NCBI RefSeq assembly: GCF_021869535.1
Contig: NW_026262701.1
Location: 37,634,001 to 37,698,000, forward strand
From: Mytilus californianus
Taxonomy: Eukaryota
Direction of reading: 5' to 3'
Length of the DNA stretch: 64,000 nucleotides
The notes beneath the pieces are model-generated. The model did not search any database. It was not told where the DNA came from and saw only the letters and a list, made by a program, of their open reading frames with translations. Shown here piece after piece: positions 47,042 through 59,466 of this stretch (the first letter of the stretch is position 1; every line of letters starts with the position of its first letter). The translations under genes and the position numbers were made by a program.

Positions 47042-48677
47042 TAATCCTTCATGATCTTTGAATTGACGGTGCCAAAATAAATGTACAGGGTGTTATTTGA
47101 CAGATTTATAGGCCTAATCCTTCATGATCTTTGAATTGACGGTGCCAAAATATATGTACAGTGTGTTATTTGACAGATTTATAGGCCTAATCCTTCATGA
47201 TCTTTGAATTGACGGTGCAAAAATTAATGTACAGTGTGTTATTTGACAGATTTATAGACCTAATCCTTCATGATCTTTGAATTGACTGTGCCAACATATA
47301 TGTACAGTGTGTTATTTGACAGGTTTATAGACCTAATCCTTCATGATCTTTGAATAGACTGTGCCAAAATATATGAACAGTGTGTTATTTGACAGGTTTA
47401 TATGCCTTATCCTTCATGATCTATGAATTGACTGTGCCAAAATATATGTACAGTGTGTTATTTGACAGATTTATAGACCTAATCCTTCACGATCTTTGAA
47501 TTGACTGTGCCAAAATATATGTACAGTGTGTTATTTGACAGGTTTATAGGCCTTATCCTTCATGATCTTTGAATTGACTGTGCCAAAATATATGTACAGT
47601 GTGTTATTTGACAGGTTTATAGGCCTTATCCTTTTGACTGTGCCAAATTATATGTACAGTGTGTTATTTGACAGGTTTATAGGCCTTATCCTTCATGATC
47701 TTTGAATTGACTGTGCCAAAATATATGTACAGTGTGTTATTTGACAGATTTATAGACCTAATCCTTCACGATCTTTGAATTGACTGTGCCAAAATATATG
47801 TACAGTGTGTTATTTGACAGGTTTATAGGCCTAATCCTTCATGATCTTTGAATTGATTGTGCCAAAATATATGTACAGTGTGTTACTTGACAGGTTTATA
47901 GGCTTTATCTTTCATGATCTATGAATTGACTGTGCCAAAATATATGTACAGTGTGTTATTTGACAGGTTTATATGCCTTATCCTTTATGATCTATGACTT
48001 GACTGTGCCAAAATATATGTACAGTGTGTTATTTGACAGGTTTATAGGCCTTATCCTTCATGATCTTTGAATTGACTGTGCCAAAATATATGTACAGTGT
48101 GTTATTTGACAGATTTATAGACCTAATCCTTCACGATCTTTGAATTGACTGGGCCAAAATATATGTACAGTGTGTTATTTGACAGGTTTATAGGCTTTAT
48201 CCTTCATGATCTATGAATTGATTGTGCCAAAATATATGTACAGTGTGTTATTTGACAGGTTTATATGCCTTATCCTTCATGATCTTTGAATTGACTGTGC
48301 CAAAATATATGTACAGTGTGTTATTTGACAGGTTTATAGGCCTTATCCCTTTGACTGTGCCAAAATATATGTACAGTGTGTTATTTGACATGTTTATAGG
48401 CCTTATCCTTCATGATCTTTGAATTGACTGTGCCAAAATATATGAACAGTGTGTTATTTGACAGGTTTATAGGCCTTATCCTTTATGGTCTTTGAATTGA
48501 CGGTGCCAAAATATATGTACAGTGTGTTATTTGACAGATTTATAGACCTAATCCTTCACGATCTTTGAATTGACTGTGCCAAAATATATGTACAGTGTGT
48601 TATTTGACAGGTTTATAGGCCTAATCCTTCATGATCTTTGAATTGACGGTGCCAAAATATATGTACAGTGTGTTATT
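47042..48677. repeat. 73-bp tandem minisatellite, about 23 copies, two of them 60-bp deletion variants
   Basis: TAATCCTTCA at 47042, 47115, 47188 (73-bp step). Unit TAATCCTTCATGATCTTTGAATTGAC(G/T)GTGCCAAAATATATGTACAGTGTGTTATTTGACAG(A/G)TTTATAGGCC. 13-bp deletions near 47632 and 48348. Confidence 0.97.
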
Positions 48678-48701
48678 CATAAGCCTTTAAGTTATCTTTA
48701 A

Positions 48702-49004
48702 TAATAAACTCATCATCGATACCAGGATTAAAATTTGGTACGCCAGACGCGCATTTCGTCTACAAAAGACTCACAAGTGACGCTCAAATTAAAGAGTTAA
48801 ACATGTCAAATACAGTTCGAAGTTGAAGAGTATTGAGTAACCAAAATTCCGAAAGTTTTTGCCAAATCCAGCTAAGGTAATATATTCCTGGATAAGAAAA
48901 TCTTAAGTGTTTCGAAAAATTCTAAGTTTTGTAAACAGTTAATTTATGATAATGACCATATCAATGATAATTCATGTCAACACAGAAATCAAGGAAATGC
49001 TGAC
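48702..49004 (-). ncRNA. Retrozyme-like monomer (~300 bp) with type I hammerhead at 48740-48783, core mutated
   Basis: The minus strand reads GCGTCA-CTTGTGA-GTCT TTTGT AGAC-GAAA-TGCGCG-TC-TGGCGT. Stems I and II pair, but the core is CUUGUGA instead of CUGAUGA. The flank matches 30323-30360. Confidence 0.8.
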
Positions 49005-50091
49005 AATGAATATTTTATTTTTTAAGAATGTTTGCTGAGAAAAAAGAAAAAGGTGTAAACGTTGTGTGAAAAATCTAGAGAGAATCATTTGCCGCCAAAT
49101 TTTCAATGGCTTACATCTATGAATTGACGAGGCCAAAATATATGTACAGTTTGTTTTCCGGTTTGCTGGTAACATTGTTTCCGTCACAAATACAATCCGA
49201 TCAATCGATCACCATATTTTCATAATATTGAAATTGTGCAAAATCAGTTGCTCGGCACACTATGAAGTTTTTTTTAGCTCGTTTGCTGCGCTCACTCGAT
49301 AAAAATATACATACTTTATTCTCAGTTTTATACTTTAACTCGCAACTGATATTTTACAGTTGCAATGAGCAAACCTGTTTATCGATACTGATCAAACCTC
49401 TATAAAGGATTTTTCTCGCCTTTGTGTCTTTCAATCTTGTACTGAAGCTGGGGCAAATTGTCTGCCTTAAATGTTTATATCGAGGTTGTTTACTTTAACG
49501 TAAAAAAAAAAAGCATGATAAAATTACCAATTTGATATATTCTTAACGAAGAAAAGTCCCTTTTCTCAATCGTCGACCAAATGTAAACAAGAATCGAGAT
49601 GTCAAAACATGATCTACATGTGAAGTATTATTTTGATTTAATTGTACTTTTTTCTCGTGATTAAAATTATTCTTCTATGATCCATCATCTTACAAGATCT
49701 GAATATGTTTCGTTGTGGATTTTTCAATTTTGAGCGATCTTATAAACATCTATTAATGTGACGTGTTTTAAATCAATAACGATATAGAGTTTACCGTTTG
49801 TTTTTCCTCTGAATGAGAACTTTTGACTATCTAAGCTTTTTTTTTATCCACAAAGCAGTTTCTATAGTCTAACGTTTCTTGATGTTGTGTGACTGAACTG
49901 AAGCCCTTATACTTTTGTATAGAGATTGTGCACATCCTTTTACCGGCGGCTGTCGGTACTGCAGATGCTACAGATAACACAGATCAAATTCTGCTTTACA
50001 CTACTACAAAATCCATTGTATTTCCATGGCTATCGAAACAAAAACAAAACGTTTTGAATAGGAATAGGTGAAGTAAATCCTATTGTATTGT

Positions 50092-50325
50092 ACGACGGAT
50101 GTCACATGTGAAGCAGGATCTGCTAACCCTCCCGGAACACCTGAGATCAGCCCCGGTTTTGTTTGGTTTTTGTGGGCTTCATTTTGCTCAGTCTTTAGTT
50201 TTCTATGTTGCGTTTGTATACTGTTGTTTGTCTTCTGATCTTTTTCTTTTTTTGCCTTGACGTTGTCAGTTTATTTTCGACTTATGAGTTTGAATGTCCC
50301 TTTGGTATCTTTCGCCTCTCTTTTG
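50092..50325 (+). mobile_element. Dispersed repeat family D (retroposon 3'-end-like)
   Basis: ACGACGGATGTCACATGTGAAGCAGGATCTGCTAACCCTCCCGGAACACCTGAGATCA...TTTGAATGTCCCTTTGGTATCTTTCGCCTCTCTTT, a common bivalve repeat by recall. Confidence 0.6.
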
Positions 50326-50840
50326 TATCTATCGTAATGATAGCACATAATAGGATATGTTTCGATTTGAAAAAAATATCAAAGTCAATGAAATAAGTGA
50401 ATTTTGTTTGTCTTATGAATCTCGAAAGTGACAATTGCATAGTTTTCTTTATCGATAAACATTAATTAAGAACGCTCAGAGGAAACATAAAAGAAATACA
50501 TAGATTAAGCACTATTCCATGGCCAAATCTTAACCTCATAGTCATACCAGGAAATGTCATAGTCTTACAGGGACTCTTTACAGGATAAATAATCCAACAT
50601 ATTTCTTTTTCACCAGGCATTATAGTTTGTTTTCCAGTTTGATTAAAAATAATTCTCCTTGTAACATATCCACAAATTTGTAGCAACTGTAATATTTCTG
50701 GATAATAAATGATATATTTCGTAATGTGTGTGTATGTGTGTGAGGGTGAGTTTGTTGTTGTGGTTTTTTGTTTAAATCGTAATACGGAAAATAACACTTA
50801 TTCAACAAACAACAATGCTTAGTTTAATATATAATAAATG

Positions 50841-51871
50841 TTACATAGCTATCCAGTTTGGTGGGAAATATGTTTTTGAATCAAACAATCTTGCGAGTCC
50901 TGATCCGTTTCTTGGAAAATTTTTATAATAGATGGTTTGACCGCCACTTAACCATGCTGACCACCAACCATAAGTTCCAGTTGTAATTATTGAATGATTG
51001 CACTGTGAAAGTATTGCCATGTCAACCTCTGGAGAATGTCTTTGAGTTATAAATGCTGTGTTTGTTTTATTGAAATTAGCTTTACACCAAGCTATGTCAT
51101 CTGAGGCAAAAATGAAAAAGGCACTGGAATACTTTTCCTGGAACCATGACATTGCATTTTTAACGTAACTTATGTCTGCGATTGTATACCCTAAATTGAC
51201 ATTAGCTCGATTATTCATCATATCTCCTCGACGAACGTGAACAGCTATATATGTTAATTTGTATTTGTCTGTTATATTTCTAGCTTTCACAATGTCATTA
51301 AACTTTTGTACCGCTTGAGTCTGTATAGAGTCTTGAAAACGAAATTCTTTTCTTAAATCATTACTATAATCAATAAAATATTTCCAACTTTGAAGGTATA
51401 CTGAAAGTGTCCAATTATAGTTCTTGTCCAAGACGAAAGCCTTTTCGTCAAATGCACATGCTTTCGCCTCGTGGAAGCGTTTTATATTTGCCAATGGTTT
51501 TACTGAAGTGATAGATATCTTAAAAACTCTCCTTAGGTGAAATTTATCGTCAACAACAGGTATCATCTGATTATGTTTAGCTATACCATACAATGATGCA
51601 TATTCAAAAATTTCGTTTCCTAGACGACCTTTAAAATTCATAGTTACATAATTATTGATCGGTTTTGTACTTTGTAATTCTAACGGCTTTACAGAAATCG
51701 TATAATTGTTTATTCCTGTTAACTGTGCTTCGTTTGAAGAATGTTTTATCGTGACTAAGTAGTTTTTTGCAAATTTGTGGATTAAATCCTGTTGTGTGTA
51801 GACGTAAAACAAAATAGAACAGCATCCAAAGGTCAAACTCAATATTACAAATCTTCCGAAATCGTTATTAC
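50841..51871 (-). CDS. FUT1/2-like: Galactoside alpha-1,2-fucosyltransferase (CAZy GT11, FUT1/FUT2-like), main coding exon
   Basis: GRLGNEIFEYASL (motif I), AVHVRRGD, DMAILSQCNHSIITTGTYGWWSAWL and N-terminal TM FVILSLTFGCCSILFYVY. Acceptor TTCCTTTTTTTAATTTCAG| at 51872; the frame stays open from 51871 (needs a phase-1 upstream exon). Not necessarily a one-to-one FUT1 or FUT2 ortholog. Confidence 0.93.
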
Positions 51872-51929
51872 CTGAAATTAAAAAAAGGAAGATAAAAATA
51901 TGTTTGACCTTAAATGGTCATTTAATATA

Positions 51930-52080
51930 TAAATATAAAGATGTGGTGTGATTTGCCAATGAGAAAACCCAAACCGCAAAGTAAACTATAAAAGGTCCCG
52001 AAATGACAAATGTAAAACAATTCAAACGAGAAAACTGACGGCCTGATTTGTACAAAACAATAAACAAAAAACAAATATGA
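51930..52080 (-). mobile_element. Family A fragment in the FUT intron
   Basis: AAAGATGTGGTGTGATTTGCCAATGAGA...TATAAAAGGTCCCGAAATGACAAATGTAAAACAATTCAAACGAGAAAACTGACGGCC. Confidence 0.8.
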
Positions 52081-52154
52081 TATACAGCAACAAACCATGT
52101 AGGTATTTAACTCCTCTATTATATGGCAAAACATTCTCGTCAAAACTATGTTTC

Positions 52155-52380
52155 GAAAAATTCACACACTGAGATTTAAAAAAAACACATTGAGATTTAA
52201 AACCTTTAAAACACAAACTGAGAATTAAAATTTACACACTGAGCTTTCAAAAAGACATACTGAGATTAACAAAAATGAAAAACACACACTGAGAATTGAA
52301 ATTTACACACTGAGAAATGAAAATTACAAACTGAGAATTGAAATTACACACTGAGATATCAAAAGTACACATTTAGATTT
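52155..52380. repeat. Degenerate 20-27-bp minisatellite
   Basis: (T)ACACACTGAGA(T/A)TT repeated about 10 times. Confidence 0.8.
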
Positions 52381-53767
52381 ATATGCACATTACTAATGAA
52401 TATTCATGAAATGAATAATTCAACAGCTAGATTGCGACTCTTTTCTCAAAAAATCTTACGATCAAAATTAATCTTAAGTTATAATGAAATGTGAATGAAC
52501 ATTGCATGTATATTTTTGTTTAGACGCCATCTAATCAAGTGAAACCATCGAGATGACCTCCGAAGACTGCCGACGGTCATATATCCCAATATAAACGTAA
52601 ATATAAATATATAGAAACCACGTGCAATTGGATTTTTCTCGGTCTGTTTGATTTCATTTTGTAGGTTAAACAGAATGCTTATCATCGTTTTTACCTGTAT
52701 AAGAATGATATTTTGTGGATCCAATCAGTCAACATGCGTAACCCATCTCCAGCTAAGGGGTTAAATTGAAGGTCACATGAATACGGATTTAATGAGGTCG
52801 AATTACTCAATTACCAGTGGATAATTCATCAGCAATGGTTAGACAAAATTGAACAAAATTGGCTGCTGAAAAGTAATTTCTTTGTTCGAGTCACGTTTTT
52901 TGGAGAATATGACAGTGTCATTGTTTTCACTGCCAGCCAATGAGAAGTTCTCAAGAATAACCTATGAACACAGAGATATGTCTCGCCTTTTTGTTATTTC
53001 GATCATGCAATGTTGAAATTAAAATAGCAATACTTTTAACATGCAAGCAATGCATAGATTCAAAGTGAATGAACCATGACTGAAGGTAAACGGCTGAACA
53101 ATCTCCATGGAAATGAGATGTGCCAATACTAATACAACTGCATACCAAATACCATTGACTTATCATAAGTCATATGAAAGAAAAAAGAAAAAAGAAACCA
53201 AATGACCCCAATCCGGAACATTTTTGGTCGGTTCTGGAAGAGGTTAACTTAATTCGGACAATTTTTGTTTACAAGGGCTTCAAAACGACCAGTGTAAAAC
53301 AATTAAAACGAGAATAATAATGGCCTGATTTATATACAAAATAATAAACGAAAAACAAATATGAAATACAGCAACAACAAAACAACTACCACTGAATTAC
53401 AGCTATAGGTTTATTGGCTTGGAACGGGTTCATAAAGTTAATACTACCTACTGCGATGTAATCATTTCACTTTTTTAACAACTATCGTACATTAAATGAA
53501 AATAAGAAGATGTGATATAACTGTCAATGAGACAACTATCCACCCAACACCAAATGTCGTTAATGTTGCAACTAATAACTGTACGGCCATCAACGTGGAG
53601 TCTTAGCCTACGACGCATAGCAAGTCATATAGGGCCATACAATGACCAGTAGAAAACATTTCAAAAGAGAAAGACAACGGCATGATTTATAATCAACAAA
53701 GAAATTAATAGGAACACAGCAAAAACAAAAAAAAAAAAAAAAAACAATTGCATGAACTTATTGCTAT

Positions 53768-53942
53768 ACCATCGCACTTTAGCATGTTATAAAATCGCAC
53801 TTTAGCATGTCATATAATCGCACTTTCAAACCTTGTCACATCATCGCGCTTTAAAAATCAAACAACCATCGCACTTTAGCGTCTGGCACCATCGCACTTT
53901 AGCGTAGACCATCGCATTTTAGCGTGACCATCGCACTTTAGA
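53768..53942. repeat. Degenerate ~20-bp minisatellite
   Basis: (ACC)ATCGCACTTTAGC repeated about 8 times. Confidence 0.85.
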
Positions 53943-54624
53943 GTCCTACATATATATTCAATATTATAATAATATAATATTGTACTGTTCTGTTGGATTA
54001 ACTGAGGATATGACATAAACAATGTCGACAAGCTATTCACTACGACTTGTAAAATTTAAAACAAAATATGTAAGTGTCCTAATTTTCTGTCCCTATCTAG
54101 ACAGTTTAGTAATAAATACATGCACTGACATGACCTTTATGTGAGCTTTGGTGCGAATGCTATATTCGATTGAATTTGGATAGTGTCTTTTCCATAAATT
54201 TAGGTCTAATTTGGCGGAACTTGAAAGGGTTAAAGTTATACATTATAAATAAAAAAGAATATATTTGAAATAGATTTTTATATTTTGAAAGCACACTTAT
54301 GAACACTTAATTGTGGTGTGTCTTCTAGTTTTCTACTTTTTAAGGTTAAATAAATGTGATTACAATGTGATTCAAGTTGCTTTATAGGTTCAAAAATTCA
54401 ATAATAGCAAATCAAAATTTTAGTCATTCTTTTTGCTATACCAAAAACATGCTCACGTGTATGTACTGTACTTCCAAGAAAAATGAAGAAGCCGCTTCTT
54501 GATTTTTCTTGGAAGTACAGTGAAGGGGTATAGAAAATTCAGTAATGTTGTCTGCCTTTCACATACACAAAAGCATAGGATAGATGCCATTTTGATAGAA
54601 ACAAAAATCCTAATATTTAGGAAA

Positions 54625-54860
54625 TTTAACAAAAAAGAACAGTGCTATAATGTCCCCCGCCTGTCAAAGTTCAAAGGGCAATTATTCTGCCAAAAAATCA
54701 AAGGTCCTGAACTTATATATACCAGATATTATAAAAAACATGTATAATAAAAATCTGTAAAAAAAGTAGAGCTGAGTGCTTACAATGGGCATCGGACAGA
54801 CGTACAGACAGATCCCTAGCATTTTTATGTCCCCGGCTCCATGGTAACAGGGGACAATAA
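54625..54860 (+). mobile_element. HINE/Helentron-like element with 3' palindrome
   Basis: GGACAGACGTACAGACAG microsatellite, then TGTCCCCG..CAGGGGACA palindrome and ATAA end. Confidence 0.6.
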
Positions 54861-55207
54861 ATTGAATAGATTCTAAAACATCTTAGGCACATATAAATAT
54901 TCAATACAATATTCTTGGGGTATTTCAGTCAACTTTTGAAAAGAAGGTCTACGCTGTGCACATAGTCCGAAAAATAGATAAGCGATATAGGTTCTGTAAA
55001 CTGTTTACTGTTGATCAATAAATACATATTTTTTTTTACGAAATGATATGTCTATATTATGAAAAATAAATTGTAAGTAGAACTTTTGAAAATAAGCCTC
55101 TGTGATTTGTAAAAACTTGTAAATGAAACAATATTTTCATATCCTTAATTGATGAAAATCTGTATTAAAAATGATTGTTAATCAATAAAAATCTTTGGAA
55201 CAAACAG

Positions 55208-55570
55208 ATGTTTGTCCCCCGCGGCAATGTGATGGAGGGAATTAGAAATGGTCTGCGTCCGTCCGTTTGTCTGTCCATCCATGCGTTTGTCTGTCTCGGG
55301 TACTTTGTGGAAGACACTCCTCTGACACCGGCAAGTTGATTTTACTGAAATATTGTAGGATAGTTTTACACATTATATCGATTTGACCATTCCATACTGC
55401 GGTTTTGATTCGACAAATTTTACTGGAGTTATTGGATTCAGAGATTTTAGTGCATTTGAAACTACAGGAACACTTTACGGACGCAACTCTTCTTAGACTG
55501 GCTGTTGGATTTTGTTGATATTTTGTAGGATGGTCAGACACAATATGTACTTTATCATTCCACATTGCCG
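55208..55570 (-). mobile_element. HINE/Helentron-like element, reverse orientation
   Basis: Starts TGTCCCCCGCGGC, followed by CGTCCGTCCGTTTGTCTGTCCATCC and two degenerate internal core repeats. Confidence 0.6.
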
Positions 55571-55635
55571 TTTTGTTTCAACAAACTTTATTTCGATTGA
55601 AAAACAAATATACGTCCCATACAAACCTAGAAATT

Positions 55636-55995
55636 CCATTTTACAAATTAAGAAATTTATGATTTCATAGTTACGACAGAGAATGAAGCAATTTAATTGA
55701 ACAAATAAAAAGATATCATTTCACAAATTAAGAAATGTAGAATTTCATGTAACGAACGAAGAAAATACGTTAACAAATAAGAAATTGCATTTACACATTA
55801 AGAAGTTACATTTCACAAATTAAGAAATGTAGAAATTCATGTAACGGATGGAAAAAATACATGTTACAAATTAAGAAATTTACATTTTAGAAATAAAGAA
55901 ATTTACATTTTACAAATAAAGAAATTTACATTTTACAAATTAAGAAATTGCATTTCACAAATTAAGAAACTGCATTTCACAAATTAAGAAATGTA
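55636..55995. repeat. Degenerate ~22-bp minisatellite
   Basis: TT(T/C)ACAAATTAAGAAAT repeated about 12 times. Confidence 0.85.
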
Positions 55996-58900
55996 TCATT
56001 ATGGCGGACATTCCCTCCATAGGAATCGCTTTAAAAAATCCTTAGTGAGAACTCTGACTAATTCAATTACTCAGTTTAATCCTTGGCGAGAACCCTGACT
56101 AGTTCAATAACTCAGTTTAAACCATTTATTTACATTGATTGAGGATACAAATATAACGATGACATTTCAGATTTACATTAAAATATGTTGCTACCATGCA
56201 TTTTAAAGATCCTGGATGTTCCTAATCAGATCATGTGCAAAAACACACAACAATATGTGCTTCATAGTGTTTTTGACCGTTTCATATGGTCATACTCAAT
56301 ATACCCCAAAATAAAGTGCAGTTGTGAATTGCAACAAGACTTTGGCAATTGATGCATGAACCCTTACCCTTTTAAATTTTGTGTGTGCAAGATCAGTCAA
56401 CGAAATGCATTTTCCCCGTTGCTCCCTAATTTCACTTTCAATGTTGACGTTCTGAACATGCTTTACACATGCGTAACCAATCTCCAGCTGAGGGTTAAAT
56501 AGAATGTCGGATGCATACGCATACGCATTCAGATTACACCCCAGTCACGTCTCAGTCATTACAGCTGAACGGACGTGCTCGGTAAGCTCCTCTTTACCCG
56601 TTATCTTCGATGTTGATTTACTAGATGGCTCAACGACGTACTACTTTCGACCAATTCAACGCTGTACAGTCTACTGTAACATTTAGCTTGGTGTAAATAC
56701 CCGCGTCAGCATACACTCCAAAACCCAATATATTAAAACAACTGACCGCTAATAGGAAAATATTATTTCACCATTCCGCTTTTATAAATTAATGTTTGAA
56801 TGAAAAGAAAATCGTGTTTTAATTTTTTTGTCAAAATCGTAGCTAAGTAACAGATAAAATGGCATTGTTTATAACAGTTTCCATGGGATCTTCTGTTAGG
56901 CGGAACAAATATACGTTGACACAGTTACTTTGAACATAAAAAAGTATGACTCTTAAACCGTGTGAAGAAATTCAAGTAACTTGATTTGACGAGGATTTGT
57001 CTATTTTGTAAAAATGTCACTTGTAATCTTATAACTAATAGTTTTTTTCAATGCCTAAACGCTAGACAATCTTTGGGCCACATAATTATATCTCTAACTG
57101 CCACTAAACTATCTGTCACAGTGCCTGTTTTTAATCACCTTAACATGCAAAGAAGTAGACATCTCTTTATCTAAATATACATACCTACACTAACAGTTAC
57201 CATCTTTTAAATCTGAAGTCAAGTACTTTTCAAAATCACCAATTTTTACATGTATGTTTGATTATATAGAAACCGTCGAGTTCCCAATTAGTGATAAAAC
57301 TCAAAATCTGGTAATTCACAGTCACTAACTGAACAAATATGACAGCCGTGACACTAGTGAGTAATTTTAAATGACATAAACTTAATTAACTAAAAGTATA
57401 TAATAATCAATAATAATAATAAATTTATTTATTAAAGTGTCACATATTGATTGCCATAAAACATCTACAATATTTATGACATTTACACATAAAACAATCA
57501 ATATCCAGCCATAAATACTGACTTATGAGACACTATATACAGTCAGGAATCTACTTCGTCAAAATTATCTCCCCATTACGCCAGTCAATTTTTACAATCA
57601 TAAAAATGGAAGCCATTGTAGGGATGACGCGCTGCCAATTTAGCTCTTGAAAACCGACAAATTTATCCACATAGCACCATTACGATCCTTATATGCCAAT
57701 TGTATTTTAAAAGACAAATGTATCTACTAGCTATTGAGCGTAATTTTATGTACTTTTCTGCATTCAGTCAACTTAAAACTATTGTCTGATCGGTTGTCAG
57801 GTGGAAAACATTTAAAAAAATTCTAATTAAATATTTCGTGGAAGGGCAGACTAAAAATTTTCAGAGGGTGAAGACTAATAACCCTAGAAAACACACACAA
57901 AAAACGAAGTTTTTTTGAAGTTATGCATTTTTAAGATCCAGTTGAAAAGTCCGTCGTCATGTACTTTTAGTAAAAATTTGTTATTCGAACACACCTATTC
58001 TGTTTTTATGACTCATTAGAAAGGTATTACTAATTCACTAGACCCATATATTTCATTTTTTATTACTGTGAATTTTTAATGTTATTAAATCAACATGTAG
58101 CCTAAATATATAAAAATAATAGAATATGAAGCGAGATGATGTATCAAATATTTTTGCTTTATGCGTTTTCAAGACAGAATTAGTCAACTCAAACACGCCT
58201 GAACATGAAAAAGTGCACTCGACTTTCTCTTTTCGATGCAAATATTGCCCATTTTGGGAATTTCCCCCCAAAAATCTATCGACGGGGACAGAGACGCAAA
58301 TTGTGCTTTTGAAAGATCAATCTATTATCCATCTGTGGATTTTTTTTCGACGAAATTTATGCTTATGCACAAAAAAGATCCACTTCGATTTGAACCTGCC
58401 ACAATCGACTGTTTTATGAAAATTTGTCTTTAATTTAAAACTTTTAAAATATCTCGAAGGTTCATACTAAAATTCAAGTAAATACACTTATATAAGATGC
58501 ATAAAATCCTAAATTATGCATCATTTTTAAACTTTTAAAACCCATAGAAACAGATGTAAACAGTTCAAATATACTAATTTTGCTTTTTTACCTTCTCTTA
58601 CAAAGAGTTCCATTTCTTTTGTTTAATTTCAACTGGGTTTCCGCCTGTAAACTGTTCCATAAGCTATCCGTTACCGTAGTAACTATGCATGAATGACCAC
58701 AAGGGTAAGATTTCCTGGTATTGTAATCGGACAAAAAGTGCCAATGGCTATTTTAGAATAACATCATTCTGTGTCCCAAATTAATGAAATGTTTGTAATT
58801 GGTTTTTCAAAATTATTTCTATAGATCATATTATTTAAATTCTTCGTTTAAAACAAAAAATACAAAGACAAGCTTCTATGATCATTTAAATAAAAAATAT

Positions 58901-59148
58901 GGTTCTTAATATCTTGATCAGAGAAAAACGCAATCTTCTTATTGTGTTCATCAAGCATTGATGCGTTTTGAATGAAAATGTTAAAAGAAATTTCAGATAT
59001 TGTTCTTAGTTTATTTCAATGAGTAACGAATTCTTCTTCTTTTTTTTTCTAGTGATGAGTATGACATATTGGCATAACTACAGAAACAACACGAACAACT
59101 GTGCGTGGACTGGAATTTTACTTGTTGGTTTTATGTTTTCTTTTTTAA

Positions 59149-59466
59149 TGCTGCGTTCACTCGTAATTCGAATTCGATTCGCATTAACTAATTCGAATTA
59201 GTTTAATTCGCATTCGAAACGTTTTACGTCCAAACATAAATTCTAATTCGAATTGCAATGCGCGTCAAATTCGCTTTACTGTCCGAACTACGTTAAGTTT
59301 TAATTCGTATTAACAAAAACGCATTTGTAATGCGAATTGGATAATGCGATTTAGCCAATTTGAATCAATTCGAATTAAAAAAGAAGAGTGTGTGAACGCA
59401 ATTAGTGAATTCGATTCGCATTCGATTCGAATTCAATTCGAATTAAATGTACGTGTGAACGAGGCA
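59149..59466. mobile_element. TIR MITE rich in TTCGAA palindromes, PIF/Harbinger-like
   Basis: Left TGCTGCGTTCACTCGTA..ATTCGAATT, right AATTCGAATT..TACGTGTGAACGAGGCA. TAA flanks both sides. Confidence 0.75.

Noticed and set aside
47042-48677. Possible CRISPR array or repetitive coding exon
   Set aside because: No unique spacers, and the 73-bp period is not a multiple of 3, so frames close quickly.
50462-50808. ORFs directly downstream of the fucosyltransferase stop
   Set aside because: Low-complexity 3' UTR-like sequence with a TG microsatellite and no homology cues.
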